Source: Bacteroidota bacterium (GTDB lineage: Bacteria > Bacteroidota > Bacteroidia > JABDFU01). From it: a stretch of 64,000 nt of DNA. This document shows, piece after piece, positions 37,018 to 45,937 of the stretch. The stretch is taken from positions 7,601 through 71,600 of the forward strand of contig JABDFU010000006.1 of NCBI GenBank assembly GCA_013286385.1, written 5' to 3'. A program made the position numbers and the translations under genes. Within the stretch, counting starts at the first letter, position 1; every line of letters starts with the position of its first letter. The notes under the pieces were generated by a model, which searched no databases, was not told where the DNA came from, and saw nothing but the letters and a program-made list of their open reading frames with translations.

Positions 37018-38313
37018 ATGGAACGACGAAAATTTATAAACGGATCGGCCCTTTTACTGGGTTCCTTTTCTTTTTTAAAATTTTCGAATCCGGCCTTTGC
37101 GGAGGTATGGACCGGGCGCATGGACCGTTTGGCTGCGCTTACGCCGGAGGAGACGGCTGTTGATGAAGATTTCTGGGCCTGGGTAAGGGAGTCGTATACT
37201 GTTTCGGCAACCCTTATTAATCTGAACAACGGAGGTGTGAGCCCTCAGCCGAAAGTGGTACAGGACGCGCATATCCGGTACTATCAGCAGTGCAACGAAG
37301 CGCCTTCTTATTATATGTGGAGAATTCTGGATCAGGGCAGGGAACCGCTGAGGGCAAAGCTTGCGGATATAGCCGGTTGCAGCCCGGATGAGGTGGCCAT
37401 AAACCGGAATTCGACGGAAGGACTGAATACGGTTATTTTCGGGTTGGATCTGAAGGCGGGGGACGAGGTGGTGTTGAGCAAATTTGATTATCCGAATATG
37501 ATGAATGCCTGGAAACAGCGGGAAAAGAGAGACGGGATTAAACTGAAATGGGTGGAGCTGGATTTGCCCTCGGAAAGTGAACAGGATCTGGTGGCGGTTT
37601 ATGAAAAGGCCATTACCGCTAAAACGAAAATTGTTCATGTTACCCATGTGATTAACTGGACCGGCCAGATTATGCCGGTCAGGGCCATAGCAGACATGGC
37701 ACATGCGAAGGGCTGCGAGGTGATCGTGGACGGGGCGCACAGTTTTGCGCATCTGGATTTTAAGGTGCCGGATCTGAATGCGGATTATTTCGCGACGTCC
37801 CTTCACAAATGGCTTTGTGCTCCCTTTGGAAACGGAATGCTGTACATTAAAAAAGAGAAAATAAAAAAAGTGTGGGCCTTGCTTTCTGCGCCTGAACCGG
37901 ACAGCGGAGACATACGTAAATTTGAAAACCTGGGGACCCGTTCTTTTGCCTCTGAAATGGCAATCGGTAATGCAGCAGAATTTCATAAACTGATTGGGAT
38001 TAAGCGCAAGGAAGCGCGTCTTCGGTTTTTAAAAAATTACTGGGTGGATAAGGTAAAGGGGAATCCAAAGGTAAAACTGTACACTTCTCAGTTACCCGCT
38101 TTTTCAGGAGCTTTATTTGTTTTCGGGATGGAGGGCTGGAAGGGCAGCGAGATCGAAGGAAAACTTTTTGAAAAGAAAAAAATTCATACGACTCCCATAG
38201 AACATGAAAAAATAAACGGGGTGCGCGTCACGCCAAGCGTTTATACAACCCTGGCTGAACTGGATCGCCTCGTGGAGGCCATTACGGAAATTGCAGCAAT
38301 GAGTCCCCGGTAA
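37018..38313 (+). CDS. class V aminotransferase-fold PLP-dependent enzyme with a twin-arginine signal peptide
   Basis: N-terminal MERRKFINGSALLLGSFSFLKFSNPAFA is a Tat-type signal. A PLP-Lys context SLHKWLCAPFGNGMLY is present. A 303-aa antisense ORF at 37075..37986 was rejected. Confidence 0.7.
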   Translation: MERRKFINGSALLLGSFSFLKFSNPAFAEVWTGRMDRLAALTPEETAVDEDFWAWVRESYTVSATLINLNNGGVSPQPKVVQDAHIRYYQQCNEAPSYYMWRILDQGREPLRAKLADIAGCSPDEVAINRNSTEGLNTVIFGLDLKAGDEVVLSKFDYPNMMNAWKQREKRDGIKLKWVELDLPSESEQDLVAVYEKAITAKTKIVHVTHVINWTGQIMPVRAIADMAHAKGCEVIVDGAHSFAHLDFKVPDLNADYFATSLHKWLCAPFGNGMLYIKKEKIKKVWALLSAPEPDSGDIRKFENLGTRSFASEMAIGNAAEFHKLIGIKRKEARLRFLKNYWVDKVKGNPKVKLYTSQLPAFSGALFVFGMEGWKGSEIEGKLFEKKKIHTTPIEHEKINGVRVTPSVYTTLAELDRLVEAITEIAAMSPR

Positions 38314-38334
38314 AATGAATCTGAAGAGCAGAAA

Positions 38335-40329
38335 ATGAAACCGAAGACCCGGACACTGTTATTTTTTTTGTCTTTTCTGTCCGGCTTTATCCTTTTTGTT
38401 TCGAGCCTGGCGCCAACGGTAACTTTCGAGGATAGCGGGGAATTGATTTCGGCGGCTTTTACTGCAGGAGTGCCCCATGAGCCCGGATATCCGCTTTTCA
38501 CGATCCTGGGGAAACTGTTTTCGTTTTTGCCCGTTGGAAATGTGGCTTACCGGATCAACCTGATGTCGGCCTTTTTTTCAGCGCTTGCGATGGGCGTGAT
38601 TTCTTTGTTTTCTTTTGAATTACTGACCTTGCTGTCGGGCTCTTTCAGACTTTTCGGGAACGTTTCTGAAAAAAACAAGGCCTTGGCATTGGGGCTGATT
38701 TCTTTCGGCGCTGCAGTTATTGCGGGGGCAGGGGTTTCTTATTTTGACCAGAGCATTATCGCCGAGGTGTATGCCATCAACAATCTGTGTACTTCTTTGC
38801 TGATGTTGCTGGCTCTGAAGTGGTATATACGAATCCAACCAACTCAACTGAAAATTACGGATCGCAGGTTGGATCGCAAGTTGGGCTTTCTTTTTTATGC
38901 CTACTGCCTGATTTGCGGAATCAGTCTTTCGAATCACCACACTTCGCTGGTTTTTATTCCGTTGGGATTTCTGATGATTTGGATTGCAGACCGTAGCTAC
39001 CTGATGGATGTTAAGCGTATTGTGCTTGGGATTTGTTTTCTGGCATTGGGATTGCTGCCCTATCTCTACCTGCCGGTTGCTGCGGGACGGCACCCCGACA
39101 TGAACTGGGGTGATGCGGAGAACTGGACAAATTTCTGGAGGGTTATTGAACGGCATCAATATTCGTTCGATCAGCCCAGAACCCTTGCGCTTGTGTTTGC
39201 GCAATGGAAATTGCACTGGGTTTTGCTGTACGAAGAGTTTACTTTGTTTCCCCTTCTGCTTGTTGCGTTGGGTTTTTTGGTTTTGTGCAGGTTCAACAGG
39301 AAGCTGTTTTATTATTCGCTCCTGTTTTATTTTTTTACCGGCCCCCTTGTGGCCAATGTGCTGAACTTTAATTTGCTTTCGGCCAGGAGCAAAGAACTGT
39401 ACGATGAAATGAAAGGCACCATAGAAGTTTTTTACCTGCCCTTGTATTTGTACCTGTCGGGTATGATGTCACTGGGCATCCTGTTTGTTGCCGACCGGTT
39501 GAATCAGTTGTCTCAGGCAAAGAAAGGATCGAAGCCAGGCATCTATTTGTGGGCCGGATCTTTGCTGGCGGTATTTGCCTTTTGCTTTGCTTTAGTGAAC
39601 AGGAAAACCGAGGATATGAGCCGTTACCGGTTTACTGAAAAATATGCCGGCAATCTGATGAAGCTGTGCGGATCGAATGCACTGGTGCTGTGCAACTGGG
39701 ATCCTTTTTCTTTTCCCATGATTTATTATCAACGGGTTGAACACAAGGCAAACGGAGTGTATGTGGTGGATGTGGAAATGATGCGAAGGACCTGGTATAT
39801 TCAGATGCTCAGAAAATGGTATCCGGACTTAATGGGGCAGGTGGCAGGGCAGACGGACGCTTTTTTGGAAACGGTAAAGCATTTTGAAGACGGAACTTTT
39901 TACGATGCAAGGGATTTGCAGGAAAAGTATGTGAGCATGATTCGGTCGATTATCGACCTTGCCGGTCAGCATATGCCTGTTTATGCGACTGTGTTTCCGC
40001 TCATGCGTCCTCTGGAACAAGACCTCGTTCAGGGGTATACGCTGGAGCCCTATGGGGTTGCGTACAAACTAACGAAGGATCAGGGTAAAATAAATGCGAT
40101 TGATTATGCTGCGTTTGATTATTCGGGATTTGATGTAAAGGGAGGGCCTAAGGACCGTATGGCGAATATGATTCAGAACTATTATGCGATGTTGTTTTTA
40201 TTGCGGGCCAATATGCTGGAGACTATTGACCGGGCCGCTGCACTGCAATTGTATCAGAAGGGGATTGAACTGGAGGGGAATGAGGTGATTAAAGCAAGGG
40301 CGATTGGGAGAATGAATGGCTTGAAATGA
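38335..40329 (+). CDS. DUF2723-like polytopic membrane protein (TMEM260-like putative GT-C glycosyltransferase)
   Basis: 664 aa. First TM, then the TVTFEDSGELISAA acidic loop motif, then at least 10 TM helices and a C-terminal soluble domain. Confidence 0.55.
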   Translation: MKPKTRTLLFFLSFLSGFILFVSSLAPTVTFEDSGELISAAFTAGVPHEPGYPLFTILGKLFSFLPVGNVAYRINLMSAFFSALAMGVISLFSFELLTLLSGSFRLFGNVSEKNKALALGLISFGAAVIAGAGVSYFDQSIIAEVYAINNLCTSLLMLLALKWYIRIQPTQLKITDRRLDRKLGFLFYAYCLICGISLSNHHTSLVFIPLGFLMIWIADRSYLMDVKRIVLGICFLALGLLPYLYLPVAAGRHPDMNWGDAENWTNFWRVIERHQYSFDQPRTLALVFAQWKLHWVLLYEEFTLFPLLLVALGFLVLCRFNRKLFYYSLLFYFFTGPLVANVLNFNLLSARSKELYDEMKGTIEVFYLPLYLYLSGMMSLGILFVADRLNQLSQAKKGSKPGIYLWAGSLLAVFAFCFALVNRKTEDMSRYRFTEKYAGNLMKLCGSNALVLCNWDPFSFPMIYYQRVEHKANGVYVVDVEMMRRTWYIQMLRKWYPDLMGQVAGQTDAFLETVKHFEDGTFYDARDLQEKYVSMIRSIIDLAGQHMPVYATVFPLMRPLEQDLVQGYTLEPYGVAYKLTKDQGKINAIDYAAFDYSGFDVKGGPKDRMANMIQNYYAMLFLLRANMLETIDRAAALQLYQKGIELEGNEVIKARAIGRMNGLK

Positions 40330-40394
40330 AGTCCTCTTATCACCCTTCGGGTATACGAAAAACTAAGACTGTACAAGAGTAAAGTCAAGTTTTT

Positions 40395-43190
40395 TTAATG
40401 TGCGGCAGGGTCTCCTTTGCTCTGGATGATCTGCACGAATCCATGGAGGGTGCGGGGAATGATTCCTTCGTAGTGAATTTCATTGACGACACAGATGTAG
40501 TAATAGGTGCCGTCGGTGACGGGAATTTTACTGTACATGTTTACGCCGTCCCAGTGGATCCCGGGATCGGAGGTTTTGAATACGAGCAGGCCCCAGCGGT
40601 CGTAAATTTCGAGATCGATGTCTTTTACAAATTTATAGGGGAAGGGCTTGAAGTAGTCGTTTTCTCCGTCTCCGTTGGGCGTGAATACATTGGGCAGGGA
40701 ATAGACCGGGCAGTTGTCGACACAGACCTGATTGCTGTAGGCGCTTTCGTTGCCTGATGAATCAATGGCTGTGACTACGTAACAGCCTGCAATGGAGCTT
40801 AAGCTGTCTTCACTTTTGATGGTGTCGTTGCTGTGGTAGAGACTGAAGGGTGTGCTGTTTTTTGTGTCCCAGATTTTCTGGTAAGGTTGGCCTTCCACCG
40901 GAGTAAAGTAAACCCGGTATCCGACTACATCGCGCAGCCCGCAATTCATATGATCGGGATCGGTCCAGACCAGGGAGTCTGAGTAGTTGTCGCAGTTGGG
41001 TACTACTGTAAGAACCGGTGCACAGGGGGGAATAATGTCTTTGGGAACCGCACATTGAATCTCCGAATGATTGATCAGGGGCTTAGGCAACGAGCTGTCC
41101 GAATAGGCTCCGATGCTTTTAACCAGGTAGCAATAGCTGTGCCCGTTGACCAGCGCATTGGTATCAGATCGGGAAGTATCAGAATAGGTTTGCAGGGAGG
41201 TAAAACCAATGGAGTCGTAAACGGATGTTTTTGGATTGAGTTTGTAAATAACGAATTGGTAATTGTTCCAGGGCACATTGTAGTTCCAGCTGAGGTTGAG
41301 TTTATTTCCGACCGGAGCGGGCGCTATCGAAAGGTAAACCGAGGAGGCGTTATCGGTTGAACCCACCAGATTACTGTCGGCATTGGAGTAAAAATTAATG
41401 CGGTAGGTATAGGGAGTCCCGGCAGTGTTGCACAAGGTGTCCAGGAAGGTTGTATCCAGCGCAAGTGAAGCGAAGTACGGGCTATTAAATGTGTAAACAG
41501 TCTGGCTTGGACTTGCAAAGCCGGAGTCCCTTAGCAGAACATATTGGTAGGGGCCCCGGAGTCTCGAGGTGTCCAGATTGGATGAATCGGCCAGGGGTTT
41601 TATCCATTTGACGCGCAGGTGTCCGCCTGAAGAAGCCGTGCTGATGACATCCACATTGGTAATGATGGGAACATCCCGCACCAGTTCGGCGCAGGACTCA
41701 GCAGAAGCATAGCTGACGGAGCCGTCGGCATAAACGGCCACGACCAGATAGGCGTAGTTGACCCCTCTTACCAGGCCATTGCCATTGTTAGTATCGATAA
41801 ACGAAGTGGAGGCTGTGGTGCCTATATAGCTGAACCCTGAAGAGGGCGGAATTCCGTTTTGGCACGGGGCCGGTTTCCAAAGGGAGCAACTGTCCTTTCG
41901 GTAAATCAGATAGCCAATTAAATTTTCGGGACAGGCTGTGGCAGACCAGGTGATGTGCATAGTGGAACCTGACGCTTTTGCCAAAACATTCTGAACCGGA
42001 GGAGCAATGACCTGAATGTTGATGCTTTTGTAAATGGAAAGCGGAATTTCAGGATCGTCGATGGCATCGTCATTGATTGCCTTAAAGGTAACCAGGTAGG
42101 GTTGCTCCCGTATATGGGAGCAACGTGTATTCCAGTTAAAGGTGGAGGTTGCTGTATTGGGAATGTAACCTACGGTAGGAAATGTGGCCGAATCCTTTAC
42201 AAAGACACTTAAAGCTCCACCCACTGCACTTAATTGAATGTTATTGTGGTTGGGGTCGTAGGCGGTAACAGGAAAAGTGAGTTTGGTCCCTGCTTCAACA
42301 CAGGTATCGTTCAGTGGCAGGATTACGGGAGGCGTATTTTTGCACTTGTAAATGTCGATTTGCATGTCCAGTTCGACTTCTCCTACCATATATCCCTGAC
42401 TCCATTCATCAACAACCATGGCGATGTTGTATTCACTGACCAGTGGAGGGGCATGAAAAGGAATGTTGGGGTCGGAAGGTGGCGGAGGGGCTACTTCGCA
42501 CCATACAAAATCCCCGTTGTACGGATTGAGGGAGATGGTGGAGGTTGTAGGAGGGAGTGTCCATCCAGGAATATTTTCGCCCGGATTGCCCGAGCCATTC
42601 GGTTCCAGACAAGGAACCAATGTGTAGGATAAACTATCTCCGTCCGGGCTATAGGCGGCGGGGTTGTAATAAAAGCATTGTCCAAGGCAACCGTTGTCGA
42701 TCGGAGGATTGAGCAGCACCGGTGAATTGAAATGCCCGGCTCCTAACGCAGGATTAATGATCAGCAGTGAACGGATGAAGAATTGGGTAGCTCCTGAATT
42801 GGGGATGTTGTCGACAAAATAGTTGCGATTGGGATTGCCCATTGTAATCCAGTAGGAGCCGGGTCCGTTAAAGGTATGGGAACAGGTATAGATGTTCCAT
42901 TTTGTTTTAATATTCAGTGGTACGCCTTGTGTAGCAACAGGGGCGCAAAGGGTATCCACATAGGGTCCGTTTACCCGGCTGGCGACAGCACTGTCCCCGT
43001 CTCCGAAATACAGTTCAAGCTGACAGTTGTCGACTGTTGAAGTCAGAATATTCGTGTAGGTTGTAATGGAGAAATTGTAGGTGTATCCTGACACCCAGGT
43101 GTACGAAATATAACCGGCCCTGTTATGTGTAGCGTAACCCGGTCGCGAAAGACCCAGGAACAAGGAAAATATCAGGAAGAATTTTTTCAA
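40395..43190 (-). CDS. large secreted protein with a T9SS type-B (CHU_C / gliding-motility-associated) C-terminal domain
   Basis: 931 aa with a signal peptide. C-terminal VFTPNGDGENDYF...RWGLLVF...DGTYYY matches the CHU_C domain. An internal FN3/Ig-like region is present. Confidence 0.75.
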   Translation of the reverse strand: MKKFFLIFSLFLGLSRPGYATHNRAGYISYTWVSGYTYNFSITTYTNILTSTVDNCQLELYFGDGDSAVASRVNGPYVDTLCAPVATQGVPLNIKTKWNIYTCSHTFNGPGSYWITMGNPNRNYFVDNIPNSGATQFFIRSLLIINPALGAGHFNSPVLLNPPIDNGCLGQCFYYNPAAYSPDGDSLSYTLVPCLEPNGSGNPGENIPGWTLPPTTSTISLNPYNGDFVWCEVAPPPPSDPNIPFHAPPLVSEYNIAMVVDEWSQGYMVGEVELDMQIDIYKCKNTPPVILPLNDTCVEAGTKLTFPVTAYDPNHNNIQLSAVGGALSVFVKDSATFPTVGYIPNTATSTFNWNTRCSHIREQPYLVTFKAINDDAIDDPEIPLSIYKSINIQVIAPPVQNVLAKASGSTMHITWSATACPENLIGYLIYRKDSCSLWKPAPCQNGIPPSSGFSYIGTTASTSFIDTNNGNGLVRGVNYAYLVVAVYADGSVSYASAESCAELVRDVPIITNVDVISTASSGGHLRVKWIKPLADSSNLDTSRLRGPYQYVLLRDSGFASPSQTVYTFNSPYFASLALDTTFLDTLCNTAGTPYTYRINFYSNADSNLVGSTDNASSVYLSIAPAPVGNKLNLSWNYNVPWNNYQFVIYKLNPKTSVYDSIGFTSLQTYSDTSRSDTNALVNGHSYCYLVKSIGAYSDSSLPKPLINHSEIQCAVPKDIIPPCAPVLTVVPNCDNYSDSLVWTDPDHMNCGLRDVVGYRVYFTPVEGQPYQKIWDTKNSTPFSLYHSNDTIKSEDSLSSIAGCYVVTAIDSSGNESAYSNQVCVDNCPVYSLPNVFTPNGDGENDYFKPFPYKFVKDIDLEIYDRWGLLVFKTSDPGIHWDGVNMYSKIPVTDGTYYYICVVNEIHYEGIIPRTLHGFVQIIQSKGDPAAH

Positions 43191-43221
43191 AATTCATAGT
43201 TGAGATTCCAGCGCCGCCTCT

Positions 43222-44388
43222 CTATGGTTCCAGAGCTGCTTCGAAAATATCAATGTTTTCAATAAACTGAACCGAACGTTTAATATATTCGTGGGCAGGT
43301 TCAGGAAATCCCGCATCCGTATCCTGCTGCAGTCTGGTATTGTCAAATACCTGTCCCAATTCGATAAAGCTCAAATAGGGATCAAGTCCTCCCATGAGGA
43401 TTCGCAAGTCTCCGGAATCTTCCATTTCGCGATTCCAGTAATTCAGGTATTCGGTGTAATTTTTTAAGGCGTTGTTTCCGTTGAGTTTTTTACGGGCCCA
43501 GAGTTTTACTTCCCGGGTTAATTCGCGGTCAATGAAATTAAAGGTGGGCTTGTCGGGAAAATAACTTTCAATAGCCCGGGTCAGCATTAGAAGAGTAGTA
43601 GCTGATTTTGATCCTGCAGATATGTGGTAGACATTGTATTTTCTCTTTTCTGAAAAGAGCAGTTTAACAATTGCCGAAGAGGCGTAGTCCACAGGAATGA
43701 TATCCAGGCTGGCATTGGAATTTACAGGTACAAGTCTCAGGAAATTGATAGAGGCCAGGGCCCACATGATAACATAGGAACGAGGCACCCATTGACGGCT
43801 GTCGCCCATGATAATGGAAGGACGCGCAATGAGAATTTTTTCTTCGGGAAGGTATTGTTTCAGCAACAGCTCTCCCATCATTTTGGTATAGGTGTACCGA
43901 ACCAGGTGCTTTACATTAACGTTCGGGGATTCTTCTTCTTTGATCAGGCGGTTGGTTGTTTCTTTACCACAAATGGTGGCTGTGCCTATGTACAGGAACG
44001 TTTTCAGTTTTTTCAGTGTTTTGCTCCAGTTGAGAATTTTCTCGAGGCCATGAATATTGACCTGCTCAACCATTTTGTCGTAAATCGGAGAGAAGGAGGT
44101 GTTGGCTGCTGCGTGTACAATCAGGTTCACATCGCTCAGCCGTTTATCGGCTATAAGCCGGCTGCTCAGATCCTCTTCGGTCAGGTCGCCAATGATGGGG
44201 ATGATTTTATCGAGGTTCAGATGGTCTTCGTGAAAACTGAAAATGTAACTCAGGCGTTTGGAAGCCGTTTTTTCGGATTCGGCACGGATGAGACAATAAA
44301 TTTTATCAATGTCTTTCCTTTTGGATAAGTCAATTAATAACTCCCCGCCTAAAAATCCAGTAACCCCGGTGATGAAAATGTTTGCCAT
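43222..44388 (-). CDS. SDR-family NAD-binding protein (thioester/fatty-acyl reductase-like, NAD_binding_4)
   Basis: ITGVTGFLGGELL N-terminus followed by an extended SDR domain of approx. 388 aa. Confidence 0.55.
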   Translation of the reverse strand: MANIFITGVTGFLGGELLIDLSKRKDIDKIYCLIRAESEKTASKRLSYIFSFHEDHLNLDKIIPIIGDLTEEDLSSRLIADKRLSDVNLIVHAAANTSFSPIYDKMVEQVNIHGLEKILNWSKTLKKLKTFLYIGTATICGKETTNRLIKEEESPNVNVKHLVRYTYTKMMGELLLKQYLPEEKILIARPSIIMGDSRQWVPRSYVIMWALASINFLRLVPVNSNASLDIIPVDYASSAIVKLLFSEKRKYNVYHISAGSKSATTLLMLTRAIESYFPDKPTFNFIDRELTREVKLWARKKLNGNNALKNYTEYLNYWNREMEDSGDLRILMGGLDPYLSFIELGQVFDNTRLQQDTDAGFPEPAHEYIKRSVQFIENIDIFEAALEP

Positions 44389-44405
44389 AATTGCTTTTTT
44401 CCTAA

Positions 44406-44726
44406 TTAATCGTACAGCTCTAACCCAAGTATACCAACTACTATTAACCCAATTGAAGCGATTTTTGTAAAACTTACCGTTTCGTTAAAGGCGACCATAC
44501 CGACAACGGCAATGAGCGCAGTTCCCAGACTGGCCCAGATAGCATATGCAGTACTCACTTCAAACTTCTTCAAAACCAAAATGAGCAGACAAAGGCTCAA
44601 TCCGTAGAACACAAAAACCAACACAGACGGAAGCCATTTCGTGAATCCTTCGGCAAATTTCATGCAAATAGTGCCGAGTACTTCGAAAATTATGCCGAGA
44701 GATAAATAGGTCCAGGACGCACGCAT
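44406..44726 (-). CDS. SMR family small multidrug efflux protein
   Basis: Approx. 106 aa from MRASWTY, with 4 TM helices and a conserved Glu in TM1 (GIIFEVLGT). Confidence 0.75.
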   Translation of the reverse strand: MRASWTYLSLGIIFEVLGTICMKFAEGFTKWLPSVLVFVFYGLSLCLLILVLKKFEVSTAYAIWASLGTALIAVVGMVAFNETVSFTKIASIGLIVVGILGLELYD

Positions 44727-44902
44727 ATGAAACAGCTCAATTTCAGTTAAATTACATATTTTTAACATATCCGAATCATAAAAAATTAACAGCTACTTCA
44801 TTAAACCTTCATCTTTAGTCCCAAAGGCTGTCCGTTGGTTTAATTTCATAGAATAAGGGAATAAAGGGGCTGGAATTTTGGGACAATTAAGTAAATTCGC
44901 CC

Positions 44903-45904
44903 ATGCTTTGTTTATTGAATAAGCGATTCATTCGTTTTTTTTTACTGCTCTCCGTTTTTACACTGAACGTTTTTACCCTAAGCATTTCTGCTCAGGATTC
45001 TACCCGGGATTCTGATCAGGATGATGTAAAACCAGTTCGAAAAATACACCGGAAAGGTTTCGAATTCGGACTTTCTATGGGGACTTATTTTGCCAATAAT
45101 TATACGGCTTCATTATACAATGGAATGGGTTTCGACGCAAACGGAAATCCGAATACTACTTTTCTTAACAGTGCGATGTATGAAAAGATTGTTAACGAGT
45201 GGGGAGGGGGACCTGCGAACGAATACGGGGGAAGTCCCGGGAGTGGCGGAACCACTTATCCTGACCGGCTTGCGCCTTTACTCGGAGTGCAAACCGGAAC
45301 CTGGAGTTTTGATTCTACCGATATGCCCGGCAAAATGCATTACAATATTGCTTTTGAAATCGGTGTTCAGACCCGCTATTTTGTGAATGATAAAAACGCA
45401 ATTATTTTAAATGTGGATGCGGCGCAATTGACCATCGGCGGCGCCTTTACAATCGGAGAATACTCCACTGTGACCCATTCAACCACTCCGGACACCCTGG
45501 AAATGCAGACCTTTGCAATTGCCGGACAGGAAGAACGCCTGATTTTTCAGCCGGGCTGGCAGCATATTTTCGGGGACGACGATCAGTTTAATTTTTTCAT
45601 TGAGGGCGGCCCTATCTTTACCATGGCAAAATTTCAGATGAACGACATTATTATAAACGGAACGGTGATTGACTTAAGGACGTATTACAGCCCGATTACC
45701 AATTACGTCACTCAGCAGGCCCGTAACCTTACTGGCGTGGGCATAGGGGCTTTTGCCGGATTTGGGTTGAACTTACAGGCCAATTCAAAATACGCATTGC
45801 AACTGGTATACAATCCTTCTTTTGAGAAGATTGCGCTGGGACCCAATCCTCCGTTTACTATGCAGAACTCAATTCAGTTAAGGGTATGTTATAAGGTAAA
45901 GTAA
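44903..45904 (+). CDS. hypothetical secreted / outer-membrane protein
   Basis: 333 aa with a signal peptide and no recognisable motifs. Confidence 0.4.
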   Translation: MLCLLNKRFIRFFLLLSVFTLNVFTLSISAQDSTRDSDQDDVKPVRKIHRKGFEFGLSMGTYFANNYTASLYNGMGFDANGNPNTTFLNSAMYEKIVNEWGGGPANEYGGSPGSGGTTYPDRLAPLLGVQTGTWSFDSTDMPGKMHYNIAFEIGVQTRYFVNDKNAIILNVDAAQLTIGGAFTIGEYSTVTHSTTPDTLEMQTFAIAGQEERLIFQPGWQHIFGDDDQFNFFIEGGPIFTMAKFQMNDIIINGTVIDLRTYYSPITNYVTQQARNLTGVGIGAFAGFGLNLQANSKYALQLVYNPSFEKIALGPNPPFTMQNSIQLRVCYKVK

Positions 45905-45937
45905 ACGGTTCAATTCTAAATTAATCTCTAAACGTAT

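Noticed and set aside
37075-37986. 303-aa antisense ORF inside the class-V aminotransferase gene
   Set aside because: Its translation is Arg/His-rich and looks like junk. The sense-strand gene has a Tat signal and a PLP-Lys motif.
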